This document shows positions 26,683 to 64,000 of a stretch of 64,000 nucleotides of DNA, in pieces (within the stretch, counting starts at the first letter, position 1; each line of letters opens with the position of its first letter). A program made the translations under genes and the position numbers. The stretch lies in assembly GCF_009914755.1 (NCBI RefSeq), contig NC_060939.1; one strand, written 5' to 3'. The notes below the pieces were generated by a model. It was not told the DNA's origin and did not search any database. It saw only the letters and a list, made by a program, of their open reading frames with translations. The stretch is from the human T2T-CHM13v2.0 reference genome, Homo sapiens.

Positions 26683-27387
26683 TGTAGGGGTGGAAAAGGT
26701 GTGATACTTTTCTTTACCCATCTTAAGGGTCACAGCTGACACTACCATAACAAAAAACAGGTTAGCAAGATAAATGGATAACTTATTGAATCACAGTTTT
26801 ATGGGATGTAAGTGCCTTCAGAAATGAAGACCCAAAGACCCAGGGAAAGCTGTCCATTTTTATGCTTAGATGAGATGAAGAATGGACAGCTGTGTAGAAA
26901 TGTGATTGTACAAAAGGAGTATGATCTAATAGTAACAGACTGAAGGAGGAATCCAGCAAGTCCTGTCTGTTCAGATTCTTCTTGGCCTCTCTGTGCAGCT
27001 TTCCTTCTTCCTGAGTGTAGGGCAAGACCCTTTTGGAACGAGGGTCTTATGACAAGGTACATCAAAGAATGTCTTTATGGCCAGCTCTTACACAAAAAGG
27101 TGGGGGAAGGCTAGATTAATATTTCTAGGTTTTTCTAGAATAATGTTTCTGGCTTGCTTGGGAGAAAAGGGGTTCTAGTTTCCATGACCCGCCTTGGGGA
27201 ACAGAAATTCTGGTTTCTATTATTTGCTTTAGGAGACACAGAGGGGTGGGAGACAAGAGGGCAGGAGAAAGTCAGAGACAGACTTTGCTTTTAAGGCTTC
27301 TCTGAGGCACTTTCAGTCTTCTTTAGTTCAAAGCACTCAGTGTGCCAAAGAGCCATACTCTGGGGTGTCGTTTCCTGAGCACCAACA
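26683..27387 (-). mobile_element. ERV1-class solo LTR (MER34/MER39-like)
   Basis: TG...CA termini; minus strand starts tgttggtgctcaggaaacgacaccccag...ctttggcacactgagtgctttgaactaaag. Confidence 0.6.
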
Positions 27388-27646
27388 ATATTGGCCAAGG
27401 ACATTGTGACTATCCTTACCAGTGCTGTGGTCCTTTAGGAAGTTGAGAAGGGGCTAGAGTTCCATGAGAGCCCAGGTGTAGATGTGTATTTGGTAGTCAT
27501 CGGCTTAGGGTCAAAGACAGAAGTGATATAGAATCAGTTCATCTAAGGCAAGAGTAGGTTCAAAAGGTTGCCCCTTAAGGGTAAGGACCAAATTTTATTC
27601 ATCTCCGTAAGGCCAGGATCAAACACAATCAAGATTTGATAAAACA

Positions 27647-27942
27647 GGCCGGGCGCAGTGGCTCACGCCTGTAATCCCAGCACTTTGGGAGGCCAAGGTA
27701 GGCAGATCACCTTAAGTCAGGAGTTCTAGACCACCCTGGCCAATATGGTGAAACCTCATCTCTACTAAAAATACAAAAATTAGCTGGGCGTGGTGGTGCG
27801 CACCTGTAATCCCAGCTACTCGGGAGGCTGAGGCAAGAGAATTGCTTGAACCTAGGAGGTGGAGGTTGCAGTGAGCTGAAGACTGCAGTCCAGGCTGGGC
27901 GACAGAGCAACTCCACCTCAAAAAATAAAAAAGGAAAAAAAA
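27647..27942 (+). mobile_element. Alu with TSD aagatttgataaaa
   Basis: Alu dimer; direct repeat on both flanks. Confidence 0.95.
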
Positions 27943-28302
27943 AAGATTTGATAAAATAATGTACATATAGGACAGAGCTGGAGGGAAACCCAGGAAAGGT
28001 GAATCAGAGAGAGAAAAGACGCCAAGATAATGTGGTGACTTGGGAGCCAGAGAGACGGAGCCTGAGACTTGGAGCAGGGCACAGCACAGGAATACAACAC
28101 TTTTCACCAGAACGACATTCCGACCTCTGAATCAACCCTGGAAAGGCCCTTCCATTGAACTTCTTGTGATGGAGGAAAAGAAACCCTCAGTTTCGTCATC
28201 GCAAGGCGGAAGAGTTTAAATACCATACCTCAAGATCTCCCTCCAGCCCTGACACGCGACTCCGCGGCCCTTTCAGCGTCGGTCGCCTAGGAGACAAGCG
28301 CC

Positions 28303-28376
28303 ACTTCCGGCAGCGAAGTCACTTCCGCGGAGGTCCTGCCTCTCCCTGCGGACGGGCGCTGATTGGCCCGTTTGAA
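28303..28376 (+). promoter_or_regulatory. KIF23: KIF23 core promoter: ETS/GABP-type acttccgg (28303-28310), inverted CCAAT box attgg (28362-28366), CHR tttgaa (28371-28376)
   Basis: Motifs read directly; CCAAT + CHR is the known architecture of DREAM/MMB-regulated G2/M genes. Confidence 0.85.
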
Positions 28377-28542
28377 ATGCGCCAGGCGGGAGCTCACCTG
28401 GGCTCTTAGCGTCGCCGCCGGCTTCGCAGAGCACCGCGCCTTAGCCGCGAAGTTCTAGTTCTTGCTGCCGGTCCTAACGTCCCGCAGTCTTCGCCAGCCA
28501 GCCGTCCCGCATGCGCGTTTGGGCGGCGTGGAGCCTGCTGCC

Positions 28543-61887
<33,345 letters not shown>

Positions 61888-62378
61888 ACTGACAGTCCCA
61901 GTACTGAAAGAACATTTTCATTTGTGTGGATGATTTCTCGAAAGCCATGCCAGAAGCAGTCTTCCAGGTCATCTTGTAGAACTCCAGCTTTGTTGAAAAT
62001 CACGGACCTCAGCTACATCATACACTGACCCAGAGCAAAGCTTTCCCTATGGTTCCAAAGACAACTAGTATTCAACAAACCTTGTATAGTGTATGTTTTG
62101 CCATATTTAATATTAATAGCAGAGGAAGACTCCTTTTTTCATCACTGTATGAATTTTTTATAATGTTTTTTTAAAATATATTTCATGTATACTTATAAAC
62201 TAATTCACACAAGTGTTTGTCTTAGATGATTAAGGAAGACTATATCTAGATCATGTCTGATTTTTTATTGTGACTTCTCCAGCCCTGGTCTGAATTTCTT
62301 AAGGTTTTATAAACAAATGCTGCTATTTATTAGCTGCAAGAATGCACTTTAGAACTATTTGACAATTCAGACTTTCAA

Positions 62379-62485
62379 AATAAAGATGTAAATGACTGGC
62401 CAATAATAACCATTTTAGGAAGGTGTTTTGAATTCTGTATGTATATATTCACTTTCTGACATTTAGATATGCCAAAAGAATTAAA
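62379..62485 (+). terminator. KIF23: Candidate KIF23 polyadenylation signals aataaa (62379-62384) and attaaa (62480-62485)
   Basis: Hexamers 490-600 nt after the stop; GT-rich gttgtgtgatg downstream of the second. Confidence 0.7.
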
Positions 62486-62837
62486 ATCAAAAGCACTAAG
62501 AAATACATAGTTGTGTGATGGCTGTTCATTCAACACGTCCTCCCAGCACCTGGCACAGTGCCCTGCATTTACCTGGCACTCATTGTTTGCGGGATGAATT
62601 AAAAGAAAGCTCTAAAAAATACAAGATAATATGATGTTAAACGGACAATGCCTTTTTTTATGTGACAACCATAATTATCTACATATTAAGTATGACTTCT
62701 AGACATTTAAACAAAAAGCATAGTTTGGGGACAACATAAATTAGAAAAAATACTGTCGAAACCATGGTGAAATATCCCATTGCATGGGTGAACACACATT
62801 TTACTTGGATTTAATTTGGATTTCTTTTGAGGCTGAG

Positions 62838-63123
62838 CTTTTTTTTTTTTGAGATGAGTTTCGCTCTTGTTGCCTAGGCTGGAGTGCAATGGCACGATTT
62901 TGGCTCACCGCAAACTCTGTCTCCTGGGTTCAGGCAATTCTTCTGCCTTAGCCTCCGAGTAGCTGGGATTACAGGCATGCGCCACTACGCCCAGCTAATT
63001 TTGTATTTTTAGTAGAGATGGTTTCTTAATGTTGGTCAGACTGGTTTTGAACTCCCAACCTCAGCCACCTGCCTCGGCCTCCCATAGTGCTGGGATTACA
63101 GGTGTGAGCCACTGTGCCCGGCC
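62838..63123 (-). mobile_element. Alu (AluS-type)
   Basis: Antisense Alu dimer. Confidence 0.93.
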
Positions 63124-63179
63124 ACTTTTTTTTTTTTTTTAACTAAAATGATAGTTTAATCTTTTGTTATTAATAATAA

Positions 63180-63580
<401 letters not shown>

Positions 63581-63671
63581 TATATGTGTGTTTTTAGAAT
63601 GCTTCAGGACACTAAAGGTTAAATTGCTATTGCAGTAGATACAGAATTTATTTCTTGATTTTCTTCTTAAA

Positions 63672-64000
<329 letters not shown>

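Overview
Human (primate) genomic DNA, recognisable as the PAQR5-KIF23 locus (15q23 from recall). The window holds the last four coding exons and long 3' UTR of PAQR5 (+ strand), a repeat-rich spacer, and a CpG-island cell-cycle promoter with CCAAT and CHR elements. It then holds the complete KIF23 (MKLP1/CHO1, kinesin-6) gene on the + strand. I reconstructed 23 KIF23 coding exons (28543..61887) that splice via GT-AG into an open 2883-nt frame (960 aa). A further in-frame 42-nt cassette exon at 39365..39406 gives 974 aa, and skipping the 312-nt exon at 54852..55163 gives 856 aa. Embedded elements include an antisense FAHD1 processed pseudogene with a 16-bp TSD, a Y1 RNA retrocopy next to an Alu in the PAQR5 3' region, and a HERV-K LTR5-type solo LTR collapsed to 171 bp with both ends and a 6-bp TSD intact. 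There are also about 35 Alus plus MIR, L1, L2, MLT1 and DNA-transposon fossils. I found no evidence of a new multi-gene biological system. The most interesting leads are regulatory or evolutionary: a uORF whose stop overlaps the KIF23 ATG, the cassette exon adding a CDK-type motif to the motor domain, the mini-LTR, and repeated retro-insertions into the same target sites. Repeat subfamily names are from recall of consensus sequences and repeat boundaries are approximate.
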